Below, one piece after another: positions 13,777-27,515 of a stretch of 64,000 bases of DNA. Each line of letters starts with the position of its first letter. Within the stretch, counting starts at the first letter, position 1. Below the pieces are notes generated by a model that worked only from the letters and a program-made list of their open reading frames with translations, did no database searches and was not told the origin of the DNA. The position numbers and the translations under genes are program-made. This DNA comes from Eledone cirrhosa. Taxonomy: Eukaryota. The stretch covers positions 266,662,001 to 266,726,000 of the forward strand of contig OZ024743.1 of the NCBI GenBank assembly GCA_964016885.1. The letters are read 5' to 3'.

Positions 13777-14181
13777 GAATATTAAAGACTTGAAGTGAAT
13801 GCTTGAAACATAGAAGCAATATACAACAACACAAAATTAACGAAATGATTTTTTAATGGTAGAATAGTTTAAAACGAATGTAAATTCTAACACTTAGCTA
13901 AAACAAAACCACAATATTAAAAAAAATAGAGATCATAAAAGAAATAATTAAATAGAAATGACATTTTTAAAAATAAAACTGAGAAAATATGATTGGCAGT
14001 AAAAAATATTAATGAAAGGAAATAAAATGAAAAATATGGAAGAAAACATTTTGATGATAATTACATGAAATTCCTAATCAATAATTTATAAATTTAATAT
14101 GAACATGTGAATATAATCAATGTTTCAAAATATCTATACACAGAATGTGCCAGTTTTTTAATTCCAAACTCCGCTGTTTCA

Positions 14182-14297
<116 letters not shown>

Positions 14298-14501
14298 CTC
14301 CATTTACCGAAGAAGGGCTTATGTCCGACACGTTGAAATCCTGATTTGTCACTTTCTAAGCGTAAATCTAATTTTGTGTTATTGCTTTTCTGTTTGACTT
14401 AACTATCCTCGAACTATATGTAAACACACACACACAAACAAACACACACAGACACACATATATATGACACACATTCATATGTATATATATATATATATAT
14501 A

Positions 14502-15356
14502 CTAGCAGTAAAGCCCGGCGTTGCTCGGGGTCTCTCATTAGCTGTGTTAAAGTTACAATGTTAAGTTTCTTTTTTGGCTTAAAAACTGTAGTGTCTACTG
14601 TGCAGACTTGCATGTGGTGTTTTTGATTAATATTCCCTCAACCAACAATATGCCTTATGAAGTTAAGAAAACATAACGATAACCCGAATGTTATAACAAA
14701 AGAGGATGCTGGGGATAAAAACTGCACTGGTTATTTATTAACAAAGATCGAAAATGTAAACACTGCAACGCAGAGAAAAACATTAGCGTAACCAAATTAT
14801 CAGTTATGTCTGTCTGCACGCCTATATCACCTCTCTGCACGACTGTCTGTCTGCACGCCTATATCACCTCTCTGCACGACTGTCTGTCTGCACGCCTAAC
14901 GAAATTTACAGATACATATATTTTATATAAACTTATATAATTTTTGCTTTTTTTTACGAAATATTTGCTTGTTTTAAGTAGTTTTTAAATAGACTTGTTT
15001 TCAAGTAAAAATATTGTTTTAAAAGGCTTGTTTTACGTAGTCTTTAAATCGTGTATTGTGTTAATGTCATTTTAAACGCTGAGAAAGCCAGCGTAATTTT
15101 TTTAATTTTTGCACGCAGACGCTCAATGTAAACAGAACAAAGGGAAATAACTGATCACTTACGCTCAAAAATCGATACATTATATTCGATTTCGTCACAT
15201 AGGGCGGGTCAATTTGAAATTTTATTTTCCGATGTCTTCGCTAGGGCTTAATGTACAAGTATAGCAATTTCGGTGCAATTCCGTGAGAGATTCTAAGAGG
15301 AGATGTGTGCCAAAAATCGATAGACAGACAGACAACCACAGTTTTATATATATAGA
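14502..15356 (-). mobile_element. Non-autonomous Helitron
   Basis: Minus strand begins TCtatatatataaaac, ends with hairpin cccgagcaacgccggg then CTAG, inserted between A and T with no TSD; internal 37-bp tandem repeat at 14807-14898. Confidence 0.8.
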
Positions 15357-15440
15357 TAATACAATGGACGGGTTAGATGAGTAAAGACCGTAACCTGAGG
15401 TGATCAATCTCGAAACGCGCGTCACACCTGAATATACTTA

Positions 15441-15626
15441 ATAATTGTTTCTCATTTTGGCACAAGGCCAGCAATTATCCAGTGCATTACTGGTACATTA
15501 TTTTATCGACCCCGTAAGGATGAAAGGCAAAGTTAACCTCGGCGGGATTTGAACTCAGAATAGCAAGGGCCGTAACTCTATGTGCCAAAGCATGGCCTCA
15601 GACCCTCTACTGATACTGCCTATCCA
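15441..15626 (-). mobile_element. Near full-length SINE (family of 11285)
   Basis: Reverse complement of the 11285 unit over ~185 bp. Confidence 0.9.
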
Positions 15627-15711
15627 CGAATATAATTAATGATAACTTAACACCTCGTTCTTACTCCTCATTACGCACACACACATTCACGCCCTATATA
15701 TATATATATAT

Positions 15712-16038
15712 CTTTTTCGCCTTAACTCTCCTACCCTGAGCCGGTGCTACAGTAAAGCCAGAGTCCAGGCGTTTCTCCAGTGCAAGGCGCATACAATAGT
15801 CCACTATGATGATAATAAGGTAGGGAGTCAATATATCTCCCTGGAGCACTCCAGCCAATATCTCAAAGAACTCTGTCATCCCATCAGGTGTAATGACTTG
15901 TGCTTTTGTGTTGGTGTAGAGCAGTGATATCAGGTCCACTATCTTCTTGGGGATTCCATAAGCCTGTAAGATCTTCATTAGGCAGTGACGGTCCACAGAA
16001 TCAAAGGCCTTCCTAAAGTCAATAAAAACCATGACCGC
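15712..16038 (-). pseudogene. RTE-clade LINE reverse transcriptase fragment (inverted segment)
   Basis: VFIDFRKAFDSVDR..LQAYGIP..GVLQGDILTPYLIIIIVDY motifs. Confidence 0.92.
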
Positions 16039-16039
16039 A

Positions 16040-16299
16040 AAAGTCAGCTCAAATTGACACAGAGGAGATTGAGGTTAGCGGGACATGCTCACCGACATCC
16101 AGAGTTTACATTGCACTCAGTGCTCCTGTGGTAGCCCCTGCATGGACACACTGGAAGAGGTAGACCGAGGTTAACATATGTTGATGCCCTAAGGACAGAC
16201 ACTGGTCTGTTGGAGACGCAGGACATGGCAGCGATAATGAGGGACAGAGACCGATGGAGAGAACTCATCCATGGATCTCGGGAATTTTACCCGCCCTAG
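16040..16299 (+). pseudogene. RTE-clade LINE C-terminal/3' end fragment
   Basis: RLRLAGHAHRHPE..VLLW*P.HG..GRGRPRLTYVDAL..MRDRDRWRE; ends in a TA tract. Confidence 0.85.
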
Positions 16300-16313
16300 A
16301 AATATATATATAT

Positions 16314-16372
16314 TAATTGTTTCTACTTTTGGCACAAGGCCAGCAATTACCCAGTTCATTACCGGTACTTTA
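16314..16372 (-). mobile_element. SINE 3' tail fragment (another at 16789-16827)
   Basis: aattgtttctacttttggcacaaggccagcaattacccag. Confidence 0.8.
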
Positions 16373-16408
16373 TAATGAAAGGAAATAAGATGAAAAATAT
16401 GGAAGAAA

Positions 16409-16498
<90 letters not shown>

Positions 16499-16919
16499 CA
16501 CACACAGACACATATATATATATATCTGCTTTGTGACACCATTCGAAATTCGGATGCGAATCTGCTACTCACAGCTGCAACTTCGGTTATGCCCATTATT
16601 ATTATATATACATATATATATATATATATATAAGAAATTTCATAGGTTTCGCCCAGAATTGGTTCAATATGTGCGTAACTAATTTAATACCAGGTGTTGA
16701 AGAGTTAAGTCGTATGTTGACCCCCATCGCCTACATAAGAATGTATATATTTTTATATACATTTGTGTATAGTATGTAGAGTGAAATATAATTGTCTCTA
16801 CTTTTGGCACAGGGCCAGCAATTATCCCAATCACCTTTCACAGTAAGACATTAGATATTATTCTTACGTATTTCAGATACCGTTGTGTCATCATCCGAGA
16901 ATAATTCACCCTATGCTTT

Positions 16920-16967
<48 letters not shown>

Positions 16968-17021
16968 CACACACACACACACACAAACGCGCGCGCGCGC
17001 ACGCACACACACACACACACA

Positions 17022-17097
<76 letters not shown>

Positions 17098-17383
17098 TAT
17101 ATATATATTTATATATATATATATATATAAAGAATGAATAATAACAGGTAGACATCAAAAAAAGGTAATTTATTCTGTGTGCTTACAAATGTTTCCACGG
17201 TGGTTATACAGCCTAGTTATGCTATGTGCAAATTTATAACTATTTGCAAAACTCAATTATTACTGCATCCAGGATAATCCTATAGCTAATATATATATAT
17301 ATATACACACAGCCTGCGCATACACACACATACGCACACATGCATACACACACAACCACACAACCACACACACACACACACAC

Positions 17384-17424
<41 letters not shown>

Positions 17425-17846
17425 TATAACGAGCCAGACAATTAGATACCGCTCAAGGTCACCGATTTCTACACACTCAATGATTGTTCAAAAATCTTAT
17501 GTTGCAAACATGAGTTTGCACATCAGAGCGACACAACACGTCACATACTGGATAAACGGATCTGCGTGGAAACTCATAATATTGCTCCGAACTGTATACA
17601 ATTTCCTTATTACCACCTGAGTACAGCTGGAGCATTAGCAGCATACCACGCACAGAGATCACGTGTTAATTCCAGACAAATTTAACAAAACCTTCGAGAA
17701 CATTCACGCAGTCCGGACCGACGGTGAAAATTGTCAACGGAGTGCAGTGCAGTGCAGAACGTTAACGCCACTGTAGTAGTAGTATAGCAACACCAGCAGC
17801 AGCAGTAGTAGTTGTAGTAGTAGTAGCAGCAGTGTGTGTGTGTATG

Positions 17847-17881
<35 letters not shown>

Positions 17882-18239
17882 CGTAGATGAAATCTCAAGG
17901 AAAACAATTCTCAATTTATTACAAGAGTTTATTTAGTATTAAAAAAATGTTCCATACACTTAACATATATGCGAGACCAGATTCGGGGTGCAGTTATGGC
18001 AACCAATGTCTATTGGAGGAGGCTCTTCCAATCTGATCCATCATCGGGAACAAGGACAAATATCTGTTTACGCTTGCCGTAACTCATTTTATTGATTAAC
18101 TAATTATGCAATCCGAACCTGACGATGTTACTAAGGTTTTGCATCATGAACGGATGATGTAACATAGCTATTGAAATATGTATTATAGTGATTTTTACAA
18201 GATTATACTTTAAATTTCTAGTCTGGTCACACACACACA

Positions 18240-18334
<95 letters not shown>

Positions 18335-18338
18335 ACAC

Positions 18339-18372
<34 letters not shown>

Positions 18373-18445
18373 GCACGCACGCACGCACGCACGCACACAC
18401 TCACACACACACGCACGCACGCGCGCGCGCGCACATACACACACA

Positions 18446-18486
<41 letters not shown>

Positions 18487-18722
18487 ACACACATATATAT
18501 AGGGAGGGTCAAATTGTTATATTACCAGAAATAATAATAAAACACACTGTTTGTTTTGGATTGGTTTTCGCCTCTGTATCTTTTATCTCCACAGTTAATT
18601 TATCTGGCAATCAATGTATATCATTGATTGACCAGCGGTTAAAAATACAGATATAAAAAAAATATATATATAGTCTATCAACGTAGCTCTTTCTCTCTCT
18701 GCGCATCTTTCTTAAGTGACCA

Positions 18723-18821
18723 TTCTTCTTCTTCTTCTTCTTCTTCTTCTTCTTCTTCTTCTTCTTCTTCTTCTTCTTCTTCTTCTTCTTCTTCTTCTTC
18801 TTCTTCTTCTTCTTCTTCTTC
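18723..18821. repeat. (TTC)n microsatellite
   Basis: Pure trinucleotide run. Confidence 0.98.
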
Positions 18822-19534
18822 GTTTTTTTTAAAGTATATTTGTTAATATATTGTTCAGTTTCTTTATTTTTCTATTTCCTTTTTTATTATTCCATCATTC
18901 TTTCTAATTAGGCAGTAATTTTTTCCATTTGTGTATTACTTACTAGTGTTGTAATCTACGTATAACATTCAACATTATTTACAAACCAAGAAAAACTAAT
19001 GAACAAATAAAAGTGACCCATGTTACTATATATAAACGCGTACTGAAATTCATCCTCCATCAATTTTCCGTTTGCTGCCAACAGGCTCCATTATTTTAGC
19101 AGCAATCTCTGCAAACTAGCTAATACTAAACATTCAAAAATTAGACTGAGTGTGAAGACATTTTGAAACTGTTCTTTAAAACATATTCAGACTGGAGATG
19201 CAACATATTATCAAGTATCTACCAACCAAAACCAATACGTGGAGTCTATGAAAAGATATAACTGAAATATTTAACTGCTTTATGGCTGTCTTTGCTTTTG
19301 CTTTTTTCCCATTTTATTTCTTTTGCCTTCTTTCTTACTTTTCCCCTCTCTCTGTCCCTCTCAATGCCCCCCTCTCTCTTGTATATTACTTACATGTGGT
19401 ATTAGCTACCTTCACCAATGAGTCATGGCTTTCCAGCTCTGCACGGACGTATAAGTCAATTAAATAAATATAAATATCTGGCATCGTCCAATTGGTCTCT
19501 TGTGATAACATTTCTTCTTTCAAAACACCATCAT

Positions 19535-19975
19535 AGAAAATACCGGGGAATGTCCGGCAGCTTTTTCGTCGCACCGGTCGTCGTCGAGACCTCAGGCGTA
19601 CTTGGATATCGTACAGTCGAGTTCCTCCGCAAGATCGGCACGTCGGCGGCCTGAATGAGGAAGGAGCCCCGCGAGGTGGGGTGGCTGTTACAATCGGTGT
19701 CGCTAGCCATTGTCCGCGAGAATGCTTTTGCGGTCTTGTCCGTGGAGCACAGCCCCTTTACCGCCGCGTCCTAGGCCCAGAGTCTAATTATCCTCCCGTC
19801 CCCTTTCCCATTCTTTTGTGACCTTAGAACCCTTGCCATTCTCTCTCTTTTCCGTTTTTTTCTGTTTTTCCTTTATATTTTCCTATTTTACATTCCATTA
19901 TTTCTTCTCAATCTAATTGTTTTTCTCTTTTACTATTAAACTGTATTTACATGATATATTCCATAAATAAAATTT
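19535..19975 (+). mobile_element. CRE-clade non-LTR retrotransposon 3' fragment (restriction-like endonuclease C-terminus + 3' UTR)
   Basis: GC-rich island translating RKYRGMSGSFFVAPVVVETSGVLG..FLRKIG..*..WLLQSVSLAIVRENAFAV (stop 19772-19774), matching the KY..F.P..ET.G..S.AI.RGNA pattern; pyrimidine-rich UTR and aataaa follow. Confidence 0.75.
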
Positions 19976-21026
19976 AATGATAATTTAAAAAAACAACATT
20001 ATGCTTTATTTGTCTCTGTATTTTATTTACCTACTCATTTATTTATTTATTTAATACATTTAAATGTACGTCGATGTTTTGGGATATATAAATGTACATC
20101 GAAAATTGGGATAAGTATCACATAAAAAAAAAGAAAAAGTGTTCTGCAGAGAGCTAAAAGAATTACAATATTAAGAATCTAAAGAATAGAGGACTGTTAT
20201 AAAGCAGTTCAAAATTTCTTTGTTTGAAATTTTTCCTAGCGTCCATGTGCTGGAAAATCCTGTTTCTAGTCGTTAGTTCCCGGAAAATGTACAGCATTTT
20301 CAATTTTAGTAGGTTTTTAAAAAACAACTTCAAACTATTCTCATCTAGACTAGTAAGTATTACACTAAAACAAATTGTAATTTTTCTCTCTCCCTTTGCT
20401 TGCGTTATTGATTAGAGCCACGAAAAACAAAAGTACATTGGCTTTGCATCTCATGCAATCAATTGGATCCTCAAAGTCCCAAAATTACTTAGAATCAGTC
20501 ACACGTGTTCAAATCCCATATACGACGAATATTTTGGCGATACAATACTATCAGTTCCTCTGGTGGTTCTGAAAATGCAGGAAATATGTAGCCGTGTATA
20601 TATATTTTTCCTTTGCATAAGGTTTCACATTGAATAGAATTTAAAGATTTTATACCTTTCTTGAATTAAGAAGAGTAAAACAAACTTTTTACCGAACTCG
20701 TAAAAAAACAGCACTATTTGAACTCGCGTACAGTACGGGATGATTATACATCTGTGTCGTTGTAATATCAAATTGTTAAGACAGGAATGCAAGAATTTAA
20801 ACATTAGCTTTAAAACCACATATCTCAATCAAAAATAAGCTTTATTGAACGGAATAATAATCAATAAAGCCTACAAAATTTGGCTAACAAGACAGGTTTG
20901 TTCTCGTTGTTCCCTCTTAAGACATCAATGATCAAGCAAAACCATTTCGATGTTAATAGTGTTGAATACAACAACGTTGTTTCTTTTCATATTTGTGATA
21001 ATCATCTGATTCCATATGATCTTTTA

Positions 21027-21100
<74 letters not shown>

Positions 21101-21504
21101 AATATGTATATATGTATGTACTAATTTCTTTCTGTTTCCTTCATGAATATATTTATATAAATGTGAGGGCAACAAACAAATATAATGGAATCAGGCAATC
21201 AAACAATCAAACACGCATTCTTAAACTAGTTGATTAAGTAAAACCGGGTTGTCATTTCAGTGAACAGGAACCCTTATATTTAGTGAGACAATTCCGAATT
21301 AGTAATTGTATGTGTACACCAATTGAAGGTGACAGGTATATTCTAGAATGACACTTCAGTTGATATATTTACATTGATATAAAACACGAAAGGCAAAACT
21401 AAACGCATACAAACATACACATTTAAAAAATAAACCCCTCATATTCATCTCTCTCTCCATCCCTCCTTCTGTCCATCTCTCCCCGTCTCTCACTATACAG
21501 GTAC

Positions 21505-21655
21505 AGGAATAGCGGTGTGGTTCAGAAGTTCTCACCTCTGACACGTGTATTTCATTTCATTACCACTGCATGGCAACACATGCAAGTGTTTTCTACTACA
21601 TGTTCGGGTTGATCAATGCATTGTGAATGGAATTTGATACACAGAACATCGTATA
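21505..21655 (+). mobile_element. Diverged tRNA-derived SINE, third family
   Basis: gcggtgtggttcagaag...ccactgcatggcaac...gcaagtgttttctacta...ttgtgaatggaatttg resembles octopus SINEs as recalled, not aligned. Confidence 0.6.
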
Positions 21656-21661
21656 AAATAA

Positions 21662-21704
<43 letters not shown>

Positions 21705-21869
21705 CGAAACGAAATTTAATTTCGTTTCGTTATTTGTTTTTATCGTCTCCGTTGAACCGGTACGTACTCACACTCTATGCAAATTAGTCTGCCCACTACT
21801 AATTTTCATAGAAAAAGCATATAACGATATGTGCTTTTACGATTCTCCAGAAAGGCCGGTAGATAGGTA

Positions 21870-21914
21870 AATATTGCTGATGAGTTGTAACAACAACGAA
21901 ACTAGTTCAATATT
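21870..21914 (+). ncRNA. Minimal type I hammerhead ribozyme, copy 1
   Basis: aatattg-CTGATGA-gttgt aaca acaac-GAAA-c ta g-TT-caatatt: perfect helix I and II, palindromic helix III. Confidence 0.85.
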
Positions 21915-22335
21915 CCTTGTCTGGCTTTCTCGAGAATAGAGGAAAGGTGTTTCCTCAAAAACCAGTATGACTCTAAAAACCGGTTTGTCTGTGTGTTTAC
22001 ATACAGAATAGCTGGATACTCACAGTAAAGTAACCAGTGAAAGACTTGGTACATCTACATATGTATACGTGTGTGTATTCATATGCATACTAGTATTTCA
22101 GTATACATATATGGATGTACATTTTTAACTTAATTGTTTAAGCGTCAGTCATACAAAAGTGAGTTATAAACGAAACAAAATTTAATTTCGTTTCGTTATT
22201 TGTTTTTATCGTCTCCGTTGAACCGGTACGTACTCACACTCTATGCAAATTAGTCTGCCCACTACTAATTTTCATAGAAAAAGCATATAACGATATGTGC
22301 TTTTACGATTCTCCAGAAAGGCCGGTAGATAGGTA

Positions 22336-22380
22336 AATATTGCTGATGAGTTGTAACAACAACGAAACTAGTTCAATATT
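22336..22380 (+). ncRNA. Minimal type I hammerhead ribozyme, copy 2
   Basis: Identical motif 466 bp downstream of copy 1. Confidence 0.85.
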
Positions 22381-22801
22381 CCTTGTCTGGCTTTCTGGAG
22401 AATAGAGGAAAGGTGTTTCCTCAAAAACCAGTATGACTCTAAAAACCGGTTTGTTTGTGTGTTTACATACAGAATAGCTGGATACTCACAGTAAAGTAAC
22501 CAGTGAAAGACTTGGTACATCTACATATGTATACGTGTGTGTATTCATATGCATACTAGTATTTCAGTATACATATATGGATGTACATTTTTAACTTAAT
22601 TGTTTAAGCGTCAGTCATACAAAAGTGAGTTACAAACGAAACGAAATTTAATTTCGTTTCGTTATTTGTTTTTATCGTCTCCGTTGAACCGGTACGTACT
22701 CACACTCTATGCAAATTAGTCTGCCCACTACTAATTTTCATAGAAAAAACATATAACGATATGTGCTTTTACGATTCTCCAGAAAGGCCGGTAGATAGGT
22801 A

Positions 22802-22846
22802 AATATTGCTGATGAGTTGTAACAACAACGAAACTAGTTCAATATT
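22802..22846 (+). ncRNA. Minimal type I hammerhead ribozyme, copy 3
   Basis: Identical motif 932 bp downstream of copy 1. Confidence 0.85.
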
Positions 22847-23135
22847 CCTTGTCTGGCTTTCTGGAGAATAGAGGAAAGGTGTTTCCTCAAAAACCAGTAT
22901 GACTCTAAAAACCGGTTTGTCTGTGTGTTTACATACAGAATAGCTGGATACTCACAGTAAAGTAACCAGTGAAAGACTTGATACATCTACATATGTATAC
23001 GTGTGTGTATTCATATGCATACTAGTATTTCAGTATACATATATGGATGTACATTTTTAACTTAATTGTTTAAGCGTCAGTCATGCAAAAGTGAGTTACA
23101 AACGAAACGAAATTTAATTTCGTTTCGTTATTTGT

Positions 23136-23181
<46 letters not shown>

Positions 23182-23252
23182 TAAATATAATATATATACA
23201 TAAATATAACATATATATATATAGGAAAATTGTTCAAAACCCCGACGGCAGA

Positions 23253-23301
<49 letters not shown>

Positions 23302-23308
<7 letters not shown>

Positions 23309-23434
23309 TAAAATAACAGATTAAAGTTTAAGCAAAGAATCGGTGTTTCACCCTTAACGGGATCTTCAGAAGATCCCATTAAGGGTGAAATCAGCGATTT
23401 TTGCTTAAACTTTAATCAGCTATTTTAATAAATA
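23302..23434. repeat. Fold-back palindrome centred on an HHR-like core (PLE tail remnant)
   Basis: ~65-bp arms around cttcagaag; minus strand CTGAAGA-tcccgttaagggt-GAAAC; TA-flanked. Confidence 0.75.
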
Positions 23435-24003
23435 ATTGCTCTACGGTTCTTATATATTTGATATATATTTATCAATATCGAGCCCTCTTTGGATTTTAGT
23501 CTTCAAATATATATATATATATATAAAGAGAGAGAGACAGAGAGAGTCCAAAGGTCATTACTGAGATTCTCTAATACGAAGAAATATCGATGATATCAGA
23601 TGTTCACTGATGATGGACAGTCCCGTTTCTCGCTCTATTTTTCATTAATATGTATTACACTCGCAATAACCCACCACGCCATTTTTTCATTCATATATAC
23701 ATATATATGTATATATATGTGTGTGTATGTATATATATATATATATATATATAAGGATTAGAATACTGGAGCGTGTTTGAGTCAAACACCCTCTTCGTAT
23801 TATAGAAATGACAGTAAAAGGTATAGCTCAATGCAGTTAAACAGAGCCGAAAAATATATATATATATATACATATTTACATATATATATGGGTGTCCGTG
23901 TATATGTGTGCATGTATAGATTTATATAATATAGACAACACGTTTTCGACTTGTACAAAATTCCCTAGGAATCTAACTGACAATATATATTTATATATTT
24001 GTG

Positions 24004-24094
<91 letters not shown>

Positions 24095-24196
24095 GTATAT
24101 GTATGTGTGAATGTATATATATACACACCCCACCTTCACAAGTAATTGATATGACAGAGATCTTTAACCAATTGGTACGTGTATATATATATAGAG

Positions 24197-24312
<116 letters not shown>

Positions 24313-24444
24313 GTGTGTGTGTATGTATATTTATATATATATTTACGCATACACACGGACTACCGACCAAATAATGCTTGGTACCACTGGGTTAGAGAAC
24401 TCTGTCAAATAAATTAGTGGTGAAGGTGGTGGGTATATATATAC

Positions 24445-24519
<75 letters not shown>

Positions 24520-24975
24520 AAATCAAAAGTACGCAATTAAAAGAGATCTTAAATTGTTCAACGGGTCTAAACAACATCTGACTGATAAAATGACAAGTCA
24601 GTCAATCATATCAGTGGCCTTCCAACACCCCCGGCGTATAGAATAGAGACGGCGTTTCCCCGGGGGACGGCAATGTTTGAGTGTGTGTCTTTCTATATAT
24701 GTTTGCATGCACGAATCAATACACTAAGCTTTACATTTACTAGAATGTACAACCACCGATTCCAGCTACTTGCACTATCCTATATTTTGGCTTCTATTAA
24801 TTCCCTCGGGAATTGGTTGACCAAATTTATTTTAAAAATAAATTTTCTTCTTTCACTTAGACTTCAGGTATTTTTGTTTGCCCCTAAAATACTACAGTGG
24901 GTCCCTGCAATGCTACCGTGGACCTCCTGGGACCCACTTGCCCATTGGCAACCTGGCAACATGGCCAGTCCGCCA

Positions 24976-25030
<55 letters not shown>

Positions 25031-25841
25031 ATATACAAAAGAGTTAAACAAGATTCAATGAGTATATCAAAGAATGAGTTTTACAGTAGATTGGAAGCAC
25101 TCTATGGAAATAATTTTCCAGAGTTATTAATATTAAAATACAAATATTAATAAAATAGATGTTCTTTTGATCAATTTCATTTTATTATACATATTTCGGA
25201 TATACAACAGTACGTCCTCATCAAACAAAATATAATGATACATGACATACCCTGAGGTGTTAAATGATTAAGATTTAATCAAGGTAGTGATTAACCTAAG
25301 AGAAAGTTTAAAATGTATACCCTAATAATGAGAAAATGCGAAAACGTAATAAATTCAACAGAGAATGTGTGAGTAGGAAAAACGTTGCTTAATGTAACAG
25401 TTATAGAGATTTTAAAATGTATGATACTACAATTTATCTGGGAAAACAGTCAATGAGATCCGCTGGGATATGATATATATAGAGGGAGGATAAGTGGTAA
25501 TATATGTAGAAGGAGATTTTCCGAAAATATTTAATTTATGCTATTTTAGGGTGAAGAATCAAGATTTTAAGGTTTTTTTTTAAATTGCTGGTTATTTATA
25601 TTTATTAGTTTTCTAAATTCTATAAGTGTTTTAACATTTCTAAACTTCGGAATTTTATGAGGATAACTTTTAAAGGATTTAGCTGGCCAGCGGAACGGAA
25701 AGTTTACACTGTCGAATATTTTTCTAAATGTAAACTTTACCGAAAATAATCATTGTCAACATATATGGTATGTAAATCTTATGAAGTACTTATTGTTAGA
25801 AATATTTAAATAACTATTATGTATATATATCTATCTATCTA

Positions 25842-25913
<72 letters not shown>

Positions 25914-26541
25914 TGAGTCAGTTTATTTTAGGTAAATGATAACGAAAATAAAAATAAAATAATAGATTGAGGCATGCTAAAGTTAAATATATACGTATTT
26001 ATAACAGGGTGTAAATGCATTGATTATTCATAGTTCGAAATAAATGATACTCAATAAATTTAGAAGTTAACTAAAAGTTATGTATAGAAAGATACATGGA
26101 GGTTTATATGGATATAAATTAGGTATTATTGATATAAATTAGATATTATTGATATAAATTAGGTATTATTGATACAGTATACTTTAGGTAAATGATAACG
26201 GTTATAATTTTATATAATAAAGTTCGAACGTGTTATAGTTAAATACATATATATATATAAGAAAAGCAAAGAAAGTTTACACTGTTGAATATTTTCCTAA
26301 ATGTAAAATTTACCGAAGATAATCATTGTCAACATATATGGTATGTAAATCTTACGAAGTACTTATTGTTAGAGATATTTAAATAACGATTATGTATATA
26401 GATATTTATTAATGAGCCAGTATATTTTAGGTAAATGATAACGAAAAAAATATAATAGATTGAGGCATGCTAAAGTTAAATATATACCTATATATAACGG
26501 GGTGTAAATACATTAATTATTCATAGTACGAAATAAATAAT

Positions 26542-26606
26542 TGTTTCTACATTTGGCACAAGGCCAGCAATTACCCAGTACATTACTGGTACTTTATTTT
26601 ATCGAC
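26542..26606 (-). mobile_element. Truncated SINE with 13-bp TSD
   Basis: cgaaataaataat at 26529-26541 and 26607-26619. Confidence 0.9.
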
Positions 26607-26919
26607 CGAAATAAATAATAATCAAAAACACATAAAAAATTCACAGTTAGAAATAAGTTCCATAAAAATGTATGGGTTGCATATTAAACTAAAATTTAAA
26701 ACTTAGATAGGAAGATAAAGATAGAGAAATAAAGAAATAATGGTATGGATCAAAGTTAATAATAATAATATTATATTATGTATATCAATGTTCCGGCATG
26801 TTATTGAACAAGTGTCTTTCATTTGAGCGTTATTTCTTCTATACATAGTTATAAGATAATGCAATATTAAAGGCCATTAATGTTTTTCCCTGTTGATTAT
26901 ATACGTCTGACAATCAAGT

Positions 26920-27515
26920 TTTTAATGGTTAAGTGCTTCTCTCTCTTTTTTTCTCGTTTTGTGGGAGGCTAAGAATGTGGACGTAGCTTTATGGAGGCAA
27001 CTAGAGAATAATTCACTTTTTTTGTTAATTAGGGTCTCATAGTTATTAATAATCAACAGGATCTCCATTGTACAGAGCGCGCAGTTATTTGATATATAAC
27101 TCCACAGTTCCGAAGTTTAGTCCAAAGAATGTAGTATTTTAAATTCCTCTCTTTTAATGATCATATGAGCGGTGATAAAGACGTGGATGATTTCCTCTTG
27201 GAGTTCGAGAAAGAGCATGTATGGTTCGCAAATCTGGCTTTAAATGTAGAAGAAGTCGATCCTATGTGGTTGTATGTGTTGTGATCAGTTTTTACGGTGC
27301 ATTTATAAACCAAGTTACTATCTAGACAATTATTTTGCAAAGGACAATCAGTTTTATTTCTACAATTACATTTTGGTTTAGTATCATTTATGTTAACTCT
27401 AATATTAAGATCATTATGCTGGTTTTGCTTTAGGATTTTAGTGTTTAATTTGGCAATGTTTTGGGCCATGTTCATAGTTGTAGAATATGAGAATTTAATG
27501 GTATGTCTTAACCGT
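26920..27515 (-). pseudogene. Penelope GIY-YIG endonuclease remnant
   Basis: YSTTMNMAQNIAKLN..CNCRNKTDCPLQNNCLDSNLVYKCTV..HIGSTSSTFKARFANH; close paralogue of 37300-37875. Confidence 0.92.

Larger units (their letters stand above)
21703..23135 (+). repeat. Tandem array of three 466-bp HHR-containing units plus ~33-bp partial unit, inside (TA)n (retrozyme-like / tandem pLTR)
   Basis: The same cgaaac landmark at 21705, 22171, 22637, 23103; units differ by only a few substitutions; no ORF. Confidence 0.95.

Noticed and set aside
20100-20870. Possible old LINE remnant
   Set aside because: No translatable diagnostic motif could be confirmed by eye
21703-23135. CRISPR-like reading of regularly spaced palindromes
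   Set aside because: The intervening sequences are identical rather than unique spacers, the period is 466 bp, there are no cas genes and the context is eukaryotic
24875-24978. DNA transposon end ccagtccgccactg
   Set aside because: No matching second TIR or TSD located in the window
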